A stretch of DNA of 63,089 bases, the filler included, from Hyphochytrium catenoides (Eukaryota > Protista > Hyphochytriomycota), in assembly GCA_900088475.1 (NCBI GenBank). It is 10 parts of 10 records of this genome, joined end to end, with 100 filler letters (N's around TTAATTAATTAA, not from the genome) between each part and the next. Parts side by side here need not be neighbours in the genome. Positions count along the whole stretch, not along the records: positions 5,799 to 34,755 come from FLMG01002525.1; 9 more parts are not named here. One strand, written 5' to 3'. Shown one piece after another: positions 10,824 through 21,650 of this stretch; the first letter of the stretch is position 1; every line of letters starts with the position of its first letter. A model generated the notes under the pieces. The model saw nothing but the letters and a program-made list of their open reading frames with translations. It had not been told where the DNA came from and searched no databases. The position numbers were made by a program, and so were the translations under genes.

Positions 10824-12467
10824 GCAAGGGTCTAACGCGCTTCGTGACCGGACGCCGTAAGTTGCAGTGTCAGAGATGAGGAAACACTATTTATTGCCTT
10901 TCAGTTTTGTCCTTAACTGTTTTTAAAAGCTAACCAAGAAGTGAGCTTGACAGTCGCCGTGTGGGGGCCTCTATTGTCTTCGCCATTATCAGTAGACGGC
11001 TGTGTGTGCATTAGCTGAAGGTGAGAGGAGCAAGAGCCAGGTAGCCTTAGGGAGAAGAGATATTTTAGCCATTAGGAAGGGAGACAGATTAAGCACCATC
11101 GGAAAGAGATGTAGCGGCCCAGTCGGTGTTTTTAAGAAGCGGCCTCTAGCGTACTGAGGAGACAGATGGCGTTTGAGTTGTTGCTTGCTCTTTGTTTCAG
11201 AGCGGAAAGAGAAGTCCTTGAATAGCACCTCACGTGCCGCGGTCAGGCTTTCTAGCCAGTGATCAAGCTGAAGATTAAGCGTCAGGAGGAAGTAGGTGGC
11301 AGAGCGCTTCTGTCATCAACATTGGGGAACAGGATTTGAAGGAAGGAACTATCCACTGCGTATCTCCTCCTCTTCTCGTTGACCTTGCGGCAAGAGCAGA
11401 GGGAGGAGCCAGGGCGACAATCATTTTTATAAGAGAGAGAAGGACGAAGTAGCCATGGAAGGCTGTATAGGGAGATGGACAGTCAGTGTGGGAGGCAGCG
11501 GGCTAGCGATCAAAAGAAAGAGTTTACCACGGAGAAGGGAAGGAGCTCATCTCTCTCTCTGTCTCTCTCTCTCTCTGTTCTCTCCTGTCTCTGTCTTATA
11601 TCTTGTACCTAATCCCTCTGTGAGCCTCTGTGTCTCTCTGCTCTTCTTTCTTTTTTCTGTCTCTCTTCTTCTTTCATACTCTTCTGGTCGCTGTGATACG
11701 CTCCTGTCTCTCTCTCTCTCGCACGCGCGCGCGCCTCGCAGATCCCAGCTTCTCACATCCGTCACCAGCAGCCTGGAGAGGCACAGTTAGCGCCCCAACC
11801 TGGCTTCTTGCCGCGCGGGTGTGATAACAGAGAAAGCGCGGTGGTGCCGCAGATGGTCCGCTGCTGCACGAACAGTGCAAGCCTCACACTATCCTAGTCA
11901 TGGACCATCAAGAGGACGCGGTGCCCTCAGCAAAGACAGGTGGAGGGAGACCAGGACCAGACAGACAGCCTCTTGGCTGAACTCAATAGCATAACCGTCT
12001 CACTTAATATGTTCGCATTAATTTCATTAAGAGCGAAATGTGATAAAGGTGAGTTCTGTGTAAGAGAATACCTTAAATGTAGACAGAAATATACTAGCTT
12101 TTTTTTCCTACAATAAACGTATTCTGGCTGTGGGAATTGTGACTGATTGAGCTTGGTCACTACGGCGAAGGATCTGTGTCAACTGCCTCAATCTCTCATA
12201 CATTTATTTTCTTGGCGGTTTATTATTGGATTTAGTTCTTTATCCAAAAGGCTCTTGGTCTATGTGGAGGTCGGCATAGCTTTGGGGTATGTGTGCAGCT
12301 GACAAGTTGTCAAAGGAGAGATAGCGGCATATCCTCGGGATTATGCATGCTAGTGTCCTCTCTGTTTCTCTCTCCGCTCTCTCTGTCTCCCTCTCGCTCC
12401 GACCACTCTGTCTCTCCTCTTCGCTTCCCCTCTATTCTAGCGACCTAAACAGCGATGTGGTGTGCCG

Positions 12468-12500
<33 letters not shown>

Positions 12501-13286
12501 NNNNNNNNNNNNNNNNNNNNNNNNNNNNNTCTCTCTCTCTCTCTCTCTCCCTCCTTTCGTCATAGCTTTAACCCTGTCTCTTCTCTCCTCTGTCTCCCTC
12601 CACCCACTTCTGATTCTTCCGCAGTGGTCACATCTCGCGACGATACGCTAGAAACTTCATCGTAAGGTTCCATCTCCAACGTCAGAACGCTTCGTACAGA
12701 GGAGAAAGAGAGCAAACGGAAACTAACTGACTCTTGCTATCTGGCCATCTCCCTCACGGACCTCGTCGGGAAGAACAGTAGACGCCGAAAGGCTTGGCCT
12801 GCTCTCCGCCAGCCTGCATCATCACTTTCCTAACAGCGCCAGCCCTGTTCCAAAGTTCTATTCTCCTCTTGGTCTCTCTCTCTCTCTCCCCCTCTCTCTC
12901 TCGCGGGACTTGAATCTCTCTCTCTCTCTCTTTCAGACCAGCGGCAGTACCAGCTGTCCTCACTCTGCCAAACAAGCCAGGGAGGGAAACGAAGTAATGG
13001 TCGTGAGGTGGAAGGTCTTCCTGGAGCAATGACGGCCTCAGGCGCTAACTTTGAGCTGGATCCTGTACAGAAAGCTCTTGATAAGTCAAAAAGGGCCCGA
13101 ATTTTTAGCTCTGAGAAGACAGGCACCCACTTGTCCGTGCTCAGTGCGGACGGAGGAGGAGCCATCACCTGCCGTGAGGATCCTGCTGTCTCTAAGCGGT
13201 TCCTTCTGAGGGCGGCAACGTCTCGCTCGCAAGGCAAAACAGCGAAAGTCAATCGCCATCGTAAAGGTGGTGTCGGTCAAGAGCTA

Positions 13287-14529
13287 ATGTCTGTCTCTGG
13301 CTGGAACTTCTTACGCCGCCCAGGCCCGTACTCACCACTTCTAGACCGCTTTGCTTCCTGGCCTTGGCGCTGGACATCTGCCATTAGTCGCCTTGGACGT
13401 CGGCGAGAGAACTTAACGTTGACAGTGCCGTCTTCCAGCGGCGCAGTGTCTGAGCAGCTCTATTGCAGCTTCTTGTCCAAGGCGAGTGCCAATGTGATCT
13501 TCTTCCCTGGTGATGTGCAGGATTTTGAGGCCACAATGCGGCGGAATGGGCACGGCCGCTGGACCAGCTACGGCTTAGAGGCCACGATGAGCGTATTAGA
13601 GGGCAAGTTTCCAACTGCCAACGTACTGATTGTCCGACCGAGTAAGCTTATAGACAAGTCTTTTGCTTGTTTTTCGAGCTTCATTGCCCGCACTGACAGT
13701 ACTGGGGCTGCTGTGGAGTACGATTGCCACGGACGGGCTGCAGAGCACGTACTGGAACTCCTTGACGAAGTAGAACAGCATGGAAGAGGCAGCCCACGTG
13801 GTTCTTTGTCTGGCTCAGCAGAAAGCTCAAGGCGGCTCTCACAAAGTGGGGGACTAGCTGCGCTACCGGTGGTGCTTGTGGGGTTTAGCAAGGGCGGGAT
13901 AGTGCTCAACCAGCTCGTCACTGAGCTAGGAGCGGAGGGCGCCTCCACTCCCGCCAGTAGGCTCTTTTCTAAGGTAAGATGCCCCCAAAGGTCCTCATCC
14001 ATACCCTATGTTGTCTTTGGTTTGCATCACTCCTGTACGCTGTGCTGCTCCTCCTTGAACTGCCTGTCTGGTTACGCTTTCAGCTCAGGTTTTCCCTTGG
14101 TGATCCCGTCCAAGCTCACTAACCGCTGGCCGTTGCTTCCCTCAGGTCTCTGCTGCTCACTGGATAGACAGCGGAAACGGCTCTCAGCGTGGAAGTCTCC
14201 CCACACAGCCGCAGGTTCTAACCCGCCTGGCTCAATTCCACGATATCAAGCTTCACGTGCATGTCACGCCGTACCAATTGAGGGCTCCGCGTCGACCTTG
14301 GATTCAGAGGGAGCTTGAGACGTTCACTCAGACTCTAACTGAGCTGGGCCTCCAGGCATCGCTGGCCGTGCACCGGTAAGCTATCCGTTGACGTTTAATG
14401 TACGTGTCTGGCCCTGCTCTTACGTTCGAATCACGTCTTTTGGCTGTACTTCTGTGTCTCAGTTATCATGAGCAGGAAGAAGCTAGCTTGAAGAACCACT
14501 TTCGAGTACTCAAGGAGTTTCACTGCTAA
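13287..14529 (+). CDS. C2orf69/UPF0565-family protein. Exons 13287-13973, 14146-14375, 14463-14529 (alternative upstream ATG at 13029)
   Basis: Family motifs FFPGDVQDF, LVGFSKGGIVLNQL, HWIDSG, HVTPYQ and HFRVL are assembled in frame by two GT-AG introns. The Arg/Ser-rich N-terminus from 13287 resembles a mitochondrial presequence. Confidence 0.85.
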
Positions 14530-15284
14530 TAGACAAGAGAAGGACGAAGAAGCTAAAGAAGCTTTAACTGTCTTTCCTGCTGGGTGCCACTCGCGCCCCC
14601 TGGTCCATAGGCTCAAAACCTCCCGATTGGCCGCGTTGTGGCCTAACTCAGATTTGCACGTCCACGATGTGCCGCCTCCTTGTCGTGTTCATAGCTGTAG
14701 ATAAGGTGAGAGCTCAAGGTGTAGATAAAGGGACTCCCCAGTTGGTTCGCTCGCTGACCGAAAGTGTAGATAAGTGCATGGCAAGCCCATTATTTCCTCA
14801 GCGCAGTCAATGCTATCTCTGTGAGAGAGAAGGGTGCCGCGGCTTTGAGGCTGTATAAGGTGTAAATAAATAAGACCAAGATGAAATGTCCTGACTCCTT
14901 TCCTGGCGACTGCGCCGATATCATGCTTCTATGTGGTCTTTCCTTATAAAGTGAGAGGACTCTCGTCTTCCTTACACAGACTTACCGTCGTCTTCCTTTC
15001 AAAATGCAAACATCGCGGCTGGGATTCATAGCCGGTGCCTGGTCTCTAGCTTACTGGACATTAGAAGCTCGACACAACTCCAACCAAGTGGATATCTTGC
15101 CTTATTTTACACTTAGAAAAGGGAACTAGACGGCTATACGAGGCGTTATGGAGGATGGGCAAGCCATCTGGCGAAGGTTGGCATCTATTCTTTCACCGCC
15201 GCGCCTTTGACATAGAGGTAGAAGTACGATCAACCGAGCGCGCTGGGTAGTAGTAGAGGAGTCGTTAGAGCTCCATCGAAGTTG

Positions 15285-16439
15285 CTACTGTTCTGCCCTT
15301 GAGGCTGTCCTTTCCTTATGATGAATAATGCAAAGACCCTTCACCTTCGCCATTCTTAAGCACGCAAGGTGCTGGCACCGGAGAAGCAGGAGGAGGCTGT
15401 TCTCGTTACTGCGCTCGCGACTGCTGCGCCAGTAAGCGTATGTCTCCTCTGACAGCTTCGGCCTCACTTTCGCCTCCTTCCGGCTTCTCCTACTGTCACC
15501 GCTCTGACGTTGGGGACAAGCGTAGTTGCTCTTCTTTCTTCCTTCGCCTAAGCGCATGCTTTTCGAGGAGGAAGGCGTCGAGCTGATCAGGGTAGTAATT
15601 GCCGGCAGAGCTGCGGCAGAAGGAGATTGTTGACTCCCTTTTTTATCAGTAGCAAACTCTTGCAAAGACTCGGAGGATCCTGCTAGCTCGCCAAACAGCT
15701 GTCCAGAAGGGCTCCCTGCCTGCTCGTTGGGCGCTATTGAGTGCAGAGCAGCTGCAGAGGGATTGTTGAAGGCACAGCCAGAGTATGCTTGCAATGGGTC
15801 CTCATAGCTCAGGGATGGCGGGAGGAGAGCAACGCGCTGGGCCATTGCTTGAACAATGGCAGAGCTCCACCTGTGCCTCTCTTCTATCTTCCACCCTGAG
15901 CCTCCTTTTCCCTCTCTTGCATCAGCTTCCATCAGCGACCTTGCGGAAAAGAAAGAAGAAGAGCCAAGTGTTTGACCCTCGAACCAGGAGGACGAAGAAG
16001 ATGATAGTGAAGCACACAGTGGGAACAGTTGCTGACCGTCCTTGACGTCTGACGAGAGGCTCTGCTGAAGATTGTGAGCACTGTGTACCCAAGCTTGCTG
16101 CGCTAAATAGGCGCAGGATGATTGCAACGAGCTCTGCAAATATCTGTCTCTCCCAACAACACCTGATGGCATTGAAGGACTGCGCTCACTTCCTCTGTCT
16201 CCTCGCAATCTCCTCCTTCTTTTCATGGTATTGGCCGCTGCTGCCAGCAGCACCTTCTGTTTCCGTTTTTCCTCTTGCACTCGTTCAGACTCTCTGCGGC
16301 GCCGGGCTTCAAAGGCTTGATGTGACCTACACATCGTGGACGCCCTGGCGGCGCTCTTAGTGCAGGATTGCACGGTGCAGGAGCGGCTGGGGGTCTTGCC
16401 TCCTGCTGCTCTCTTCTGGTTCCTCTTCTTCGGGCTCAT
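15285..16439 (-). CDS. Putative nuclear protein with two WRKY19-like (Cx4C...Cx2H) zinc fingers at opposite ends
   Basis: CTVQSCTKSAARASTMCRSH and CQHLACLRMAKVKGLCIIH, basic NLS-like PKKRNQKR, and a Ser-rich linker. First in-frame ATG is at 16439. Confidence 0.65.
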   Translation of the reverse strand: MSPKKRNQKRAAGGKTPSRSCTVQSCTKSAARASTMCRSHQAFEARRRRESERVQEEKRKQKVLLAAAANTMKRRRRLRGDRGSERSPSMPSGVVGRDRYLQSSLQSSCAYLAQQAWVHSAHNLQQSLSSDVKDGQQLFPLCASLSSSSSSWFEGQTLGSSSFFSARSLMEADAREGKGGSGWKIEERHRWSSAIVQAMAQRVALLPPSLSYEDPLQAYSGCAFNNPSAAALHSIAPNEQAGSPSGQLFGELAGSSESLQEFATDKKGSQQSPSAAALPAITTLISSTPSSSKSMRLGEGRKKSNYACPQRQSGDSRRSRKEAKVRPKLSEETYAYWRSSRERSNENSLLLLLRCQHLACLRMAKVKGLCIIHHKERTASRAEQ

Positions 16440-18654
16440 AATTAATGCGATGCTGCGTGGTGGCGTTCGGCTCTTAGGAATGGGAGCGATGATGTGGCCA
16501 ACTCTTGCTTTGTTCACGAGCGACTAAAGCTTCCGCGAGGTCTCTAGCACGTCACAACGGGCAGATAGAGGGCCTTCGTATCGAGAGGACGGAAGACAAA
16601 GACGAGAAGAACAAGGACTTTAAGCAATCAACAACAGTGATTGAGATCACTTCAAGTAGAGAATGTACACATCGCGAGATCAGAGACTGCTTGCTCCACA
16701 AGCCATCATGATGATTGCTCTGATCTCGTGGTGATGAAATGAGAGAAGAGGAAGACAGTCAACAAGATCACCGACGAGAAGTAAATACTCAGGTCCAGCC
16801 ACAGCGCTGTTCCAGGCAGGAGAAGGAGGTTATCGGAAGAAGCGGTAAGAACCTAGCAAAGGAGGAGTTTCACGACGGTCAATGGTCTTTGGCAGCCCAA
16901 CTCTGTCGGTCCGCTGCGACTAGTGGTGATTTGGCCCCCTCAGAGCAGGGCCAGGCAACCGTTTGGGTCAGCGTCAGCCAAGTAACAAAACGCGGTCGCC
17001 CAAAGAAGAGACACGATGTCTCTTCTTCTCCATTGCTGTCCATGAACGGGAAAATTGTAAGGGCCAGAAGACAGTTCTAGGGACCAAGAGCCTCTTCGTC
17101 TTCTTGTTCACTCTCCCCTGCTGCTGCATGCCAGGGCACGAAATGTTGAAGAAGAGAGGGAAGAAGACATGACAATGTTGAGAGAGGCAGCAGTTAGGGA
17201 CTATCATTAAGGGACAAATGAGTCGCAGACCTCTTGGGTCTTCTTATGCGGCTGAGAAGAGGTAGACCAAGAGACCAAGAGGAGAGACGACATGGCTGTT
17301 GGGACTTGTGAAGCGCTTGAGGAGCTTGTACTTCAAGCTTCTGTTCTCGCCTCGTGCTCTGAGGGGCTGAGAATGTGATGATGGCTAGCAAATAGACGAC
17401 AAAGCTGTTGGCCCACCGAGCGACTGAAGGGAAAGACCTCCCACGCCATGACAAAAGGGCATTCTGAGCCTGAGGTCCGAGTAGTACATCGTAGCAAGCA
17501 AGAAGGAGGAGGTCTCCATCATCTTGTTGAAGAACATTATTTAGGGGAACGAGGGGAAGAGAAGAGCAACCGTCATGGTTCTCCTCCTCCTTCTTTTCTC
17601 CTCACCATTATCGTGTTGAGGGGTCGTAACGCCTCTCCCTGTCTCTCTCTCCTCTTTCTCTCCTCTTACCCGCTCTGTCACTCTCAATCTCTTTCTTCTT
17701 CAAACCGCAGCGGTCGCATATAAAACTTACTAGGCCCTTTCATTCTTTAAGTCTCTGTTCCTCTCATTTTTTATTTTCTTCGATTGGCCAATAGCTAGAT
17801 ATTATGGCTGCTTGGGAAATGCACGCGCTGAACAGATGGAACGCCTAGTAGCCTGCTGTTGGCTGCCTGGAGTTCTATTCTACCTAGCTGATGTCACACT
17901 TTCAACAGACAGCAGTCAGTTTCAGCTCTGACTTCGATTGTGCCAGCAGGAGGGCGGGAGGCCGACAGAAGCCGTCAGGAGGCGCATCAACCCTTACCTT
18001 CCTAGCATAACAGCAGCTTATTATTAGTAAGTAGTGCTGACGACACTGCCCATGAGGAAACTGGTGGTGACAGACAACAGAAGCAGCAGTAGGTTGAGGA
18101 CCATAGAGCAAACTCTAATAGGGGATACCTCCGCGACGTCGGGCGAGACGGGGTATCCGCAGACAGATTGCTCTCAACAATGCTAGTTTTATGATGGACG
18201 TAGCGGGCGTGTTGGGCCCGGCCGCAGTGGGGATCCTCACCTGTCTAAGCTCAATCATCAAACACTCTTGGTCTCAAGGGAACCAAAGCTCCCACAATGA
18301 GACCTAAGTAGGTGCACAAGGGCCAGTAGCAAAGAGACAGGGAGGGCTCCTCGTTGGCTGGGTTCCATCTCTTAAGCAGAAGGAACTGAACAGCTGCAAT
18401 CCCATTTGACGGCTTTCCTCTTCTGTCTTGTGGCTGGTGCTCTTTCAGCTTCGGTTTGGCCTCTCCCCTTACGTCTAAGCGTTCATCTCTCCTCCCAAGC
18501 CCTCTGCTGCCGTGCGATTAATGCCCGCTCAGGGGTCTGGAGCTGGTGGGGTCGCCTCTTCAGCTGCTGTTCCTTCGCTCTTCTTCTCATGATGAGTCAC
18601 CTGCAGAGGATGTTTCCTTATAGCTTCGTAGTACTAATAATAGGTACTCAAAGA

Positions 18655-18658
18655 AAAG

Positions 18659-18714
<56 letters not shown>

Positions 18715-18790
18715 GGGAGAAGAGAAGAGAGGCGAAAGAGAGAGGAAGGGGAGGGAGGCGAGAGAGAGAGGAGAGCGAAAGAGGGAAATG
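18655..18790. repeat. (GA)n microsatellite / polypurine tract
   Basis: Directly visible. Confidence 0.9.
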
Positions 18791-20073
18791 AACGACAGCA
18801 GGGTGGGTGACAACGGACTACTACTATAGTTATTTCTCACAATAAGGTGTGTTATTGGAGTATTACTACGTTTGGCCCTCATTTTGGGGGAAACGAAACG
18901 GACGCCACAAGAGGGAGAGGGAGAGGGGAGAGGGAGAAAAGAGAGAATGAGAGAGAGAGACAGAGAAAGAGAGAGGGAGAAAGAAGAAAAGTGGGGAAGA
19001 GAGAGATAAAGACCACCACCACCACAGATTGGCCTTTTGTCAATGACTCTTTCTTCTACGTAATCACTCGTGACGGGAGATCGAGACAGAATAGAGGCCA
19101 GCCAGCAGACCGAGGAGCAATGAGACCCAGGGAGATAGAGCTGCAGGAGACGAATCAGAAGATAGCAGGAACAGGAAAGGGCCGTCTAAAATGGCCGTCA
19201 AACTAGCTAGCACTTGCACCTCATGGTCCAGTCTCTCTCTCCAACACGCTGACGGAGAGTCACGAAGCGTGTCTGATAGCACAGGCTTGGCAGGGTTGTG
19301 AAGATAGAGAAGAGGGAACGACTCAGTGTGATAAGAAAGGTCCTAGCCTCAACACCAAGGCAGCAGGGTCATTGATGATGAAGCCAATGGTGCAAAGTAG
19401 CTTAGCCGCTCTTTACAAAGAGACATGTAACAATGGCTTTGCCAGACATATCCTTGATAGAAACGGCTGGGACTGCCTGCCAAGGCTTTCCGCAAGCTTG
19501 GCCCATCATCATCAGAGCCGCAGCATAGTGGCGGCATGATTCATTTGTTTATCGGCTCAGGTCCTCGAAAGAACAGAGACGTCTGCTTGCTAAGGTCCAC
19601 TACTAGCGTTATATCCGTCATCATCTAGCACCAGACAGAAGGCACCAGAGGAACAAGTGGAGCTCTCAAAGAAGAGCACTACTTTTCCTCGCTCTCTAAC
19701 AGAGGATAATAATGATATAGTATACAGCCAGTATGGCTCTGCACTTTCCTCCCTCCTCTTCCGAGGTCTTATTGTTCATTTCGACGTCCCCTGTTCTGAC
19801 TGATCAGTCAAGAAGGTCACTACCTTCATCAGTTCTTCTGATCGTCTTTCACTCGTATGGGGGATCTCTTCCTCTCTGTCGGCATTCAGATGAGGAAACA
19901 AATGGGCCTAGTGCCCAAAGCATAGCACAATCCCCTGTGTAAACCTTCAGATAATAGCTCAAGACAAACAACAGCACCACTTCGATGGCCCTTGACTGAA
20001 AATAATACTGCCAACTCATCAGGGCTCCCCACGCCACATCTTCACACGATCACACTCATAGAGATATCATAAT

Positions 20074-20223
20074 AGAGACTCTGCACTGACTCTTCTATGT
20101 TGGACCGGCAGCTTTATGATGCTTCATGGCCGGGTATGATCACCAGGCTCAAAAACATCAGAGAGAATCCGCGCTGACTCTTCTTCGCTGGCCCAGCAGC
20201 TTTATGCTTTATGGTTGGGTACG
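20074..20223 (+). repeat. Diverged ~63-bp direct repeat pair (20074-20138 and 20162-20223)
   Basis: Shared core CTGACTCTTCT...GCAGCTTTATG...ATGG..GGGTA. Differences are mostly transitions. Confidence 0.8.
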
Positions 20224-20342
20224 CTAGCGTAGTATAATAACAAGCTATTGCAAAAAACACATATTAACAAGAGGCACAGACCTGCGGACGACGAAAAGCA
20301 TGTTACTTTGGAACAATATCTTCTTAAGGAAGTTCTTCAGAG

Positions 20343-20640
20343 ATGGAGGAAGAAGAAGCTTGTATAGAACTGAGAGCCGGATCTGCCGTGGGTACCATCA
20401 TTGTCATCGCCATAAAAGACCGAGTCAGATGGGGCATGATGATAGGTTGTCAGCATTTCTTCACGTGCAAGATCTGCGAAAGCTCCAGGATGGCGAGCCC
20501 CCGCTATAACTCCATCCAATGACCTGTGTGCCCACATTGTTCTCATGAGAACTCATTCATCTGCATCGCCCTCGCCACAGATAACATCAATCATGGGATC
20601 ATGAGTCCTCGTTCCTTCTTCAGGACCCACAGATATGGCA
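20343..20640 (+). pseudogene. Degenerate RING-finger (C3HC4-like) relic
   Basis: The frame from ATG 20343 reads GCQHFFTCKIC...IQ*PVCPHC with an in-frame TGA at 20520-20522. The first Cys pair survives only as SRIC in another frame. Confidence 0.5.
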
Positions 20641-21650
20641 ATCGCTTCCCTTCCCTCGGATCCAGTGCCGCCGCAGGTCGGGGGCTGGGCCCGTGCACTA
20701 AATCTTCAGCAGGAGGCTATGTTCTGGGCAGTGGTGGANNNNNNNNNNNNNNNNNNNNNNNNNNNNNNNNNNNNNNNCTCTCTCTCTCTCTCTCGCTTTC
20801 TCTCTCTCTCGCTTTCTCTTTCTCTCTTTCTCCCTTGGTCTCCTCGTTCTCAACTGAAACGGCTTTCCAGAAAAAAATCACTAGTTAAGCAATTGAAAGA
20901 ATCCAAGCGTTATAATCTACATATGGGGAAATTAATGAAACCTAGAATGAAGTCTATGAAACGTTCCGGCCTCTGCGGAGGCACACTGTAACGCTGTGGT
21001 GCCAGTGGAAGAAAGGCAGGAGGCGGTCTGGTGGGGGTTTTGCCAATGAAGCAGCAGCAGTCAGTCTCCATCACTTGCCCTCGGCTCTCCCTCGTTATAA
21101 CGAGCAGTCTTCCTCCTCACTGCTATTGCACGACATATCCTCCTGCTTCTATTACCTCTAGTAAGGCTTGACGTAGGAGGACTCAAGGCAGAATTGTTGC
21201 TCTGTCCTTACCGTCGGTCCCTCCTCCTTGTCTGCTGGGCACTTTCGTAGGAGAAAGCAGCCTCAATTGAGCTTCACGACAAGTGCAGACGGACATATAG
21301 TCTGCCGAGATGGTAGAGACATCGTTAGTGTAGGATAGAAAGGTAGTGTTCGTTGGTCTAGCTTCTTCCTCGGTCGCATCTTCTCTGCCACTCTTGCTTT
21401 CGGGGCTTGCTCCCATCATTGTTATTTCACCGGGAGTACGAACTTGAACTAATGACAGCACAAGCAAAGAGACAGGAATCTGGCGATCACTGATATCCTT
21501 CAATGAGGGCCGGCTCCGAAAGGCATGGTCGGAAACGGAACTTCTACTGGCCCGTGTCATGGAGATAATGAGTAGCTGTGTTGTGGTCCTGTACTCTACA
21601 AGAGGCTGCTGCTGTTCGACGGCTCCGTGTCTCTGACTCCGTTAGCAAGG

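Noticed and set aside
11995-12165. AT-rich island bounded by CCGT...ACGG as a MITE
   Set aside because: The inverted match does not extend convincingly beyond 4 bp and no target-site duplication is evident.
13974-14318. C-terminal part of the 436-aa ORF 13008-14318
   Set aside because: It reads through an intron. The conserved family motifs continue in another frame after splicing.
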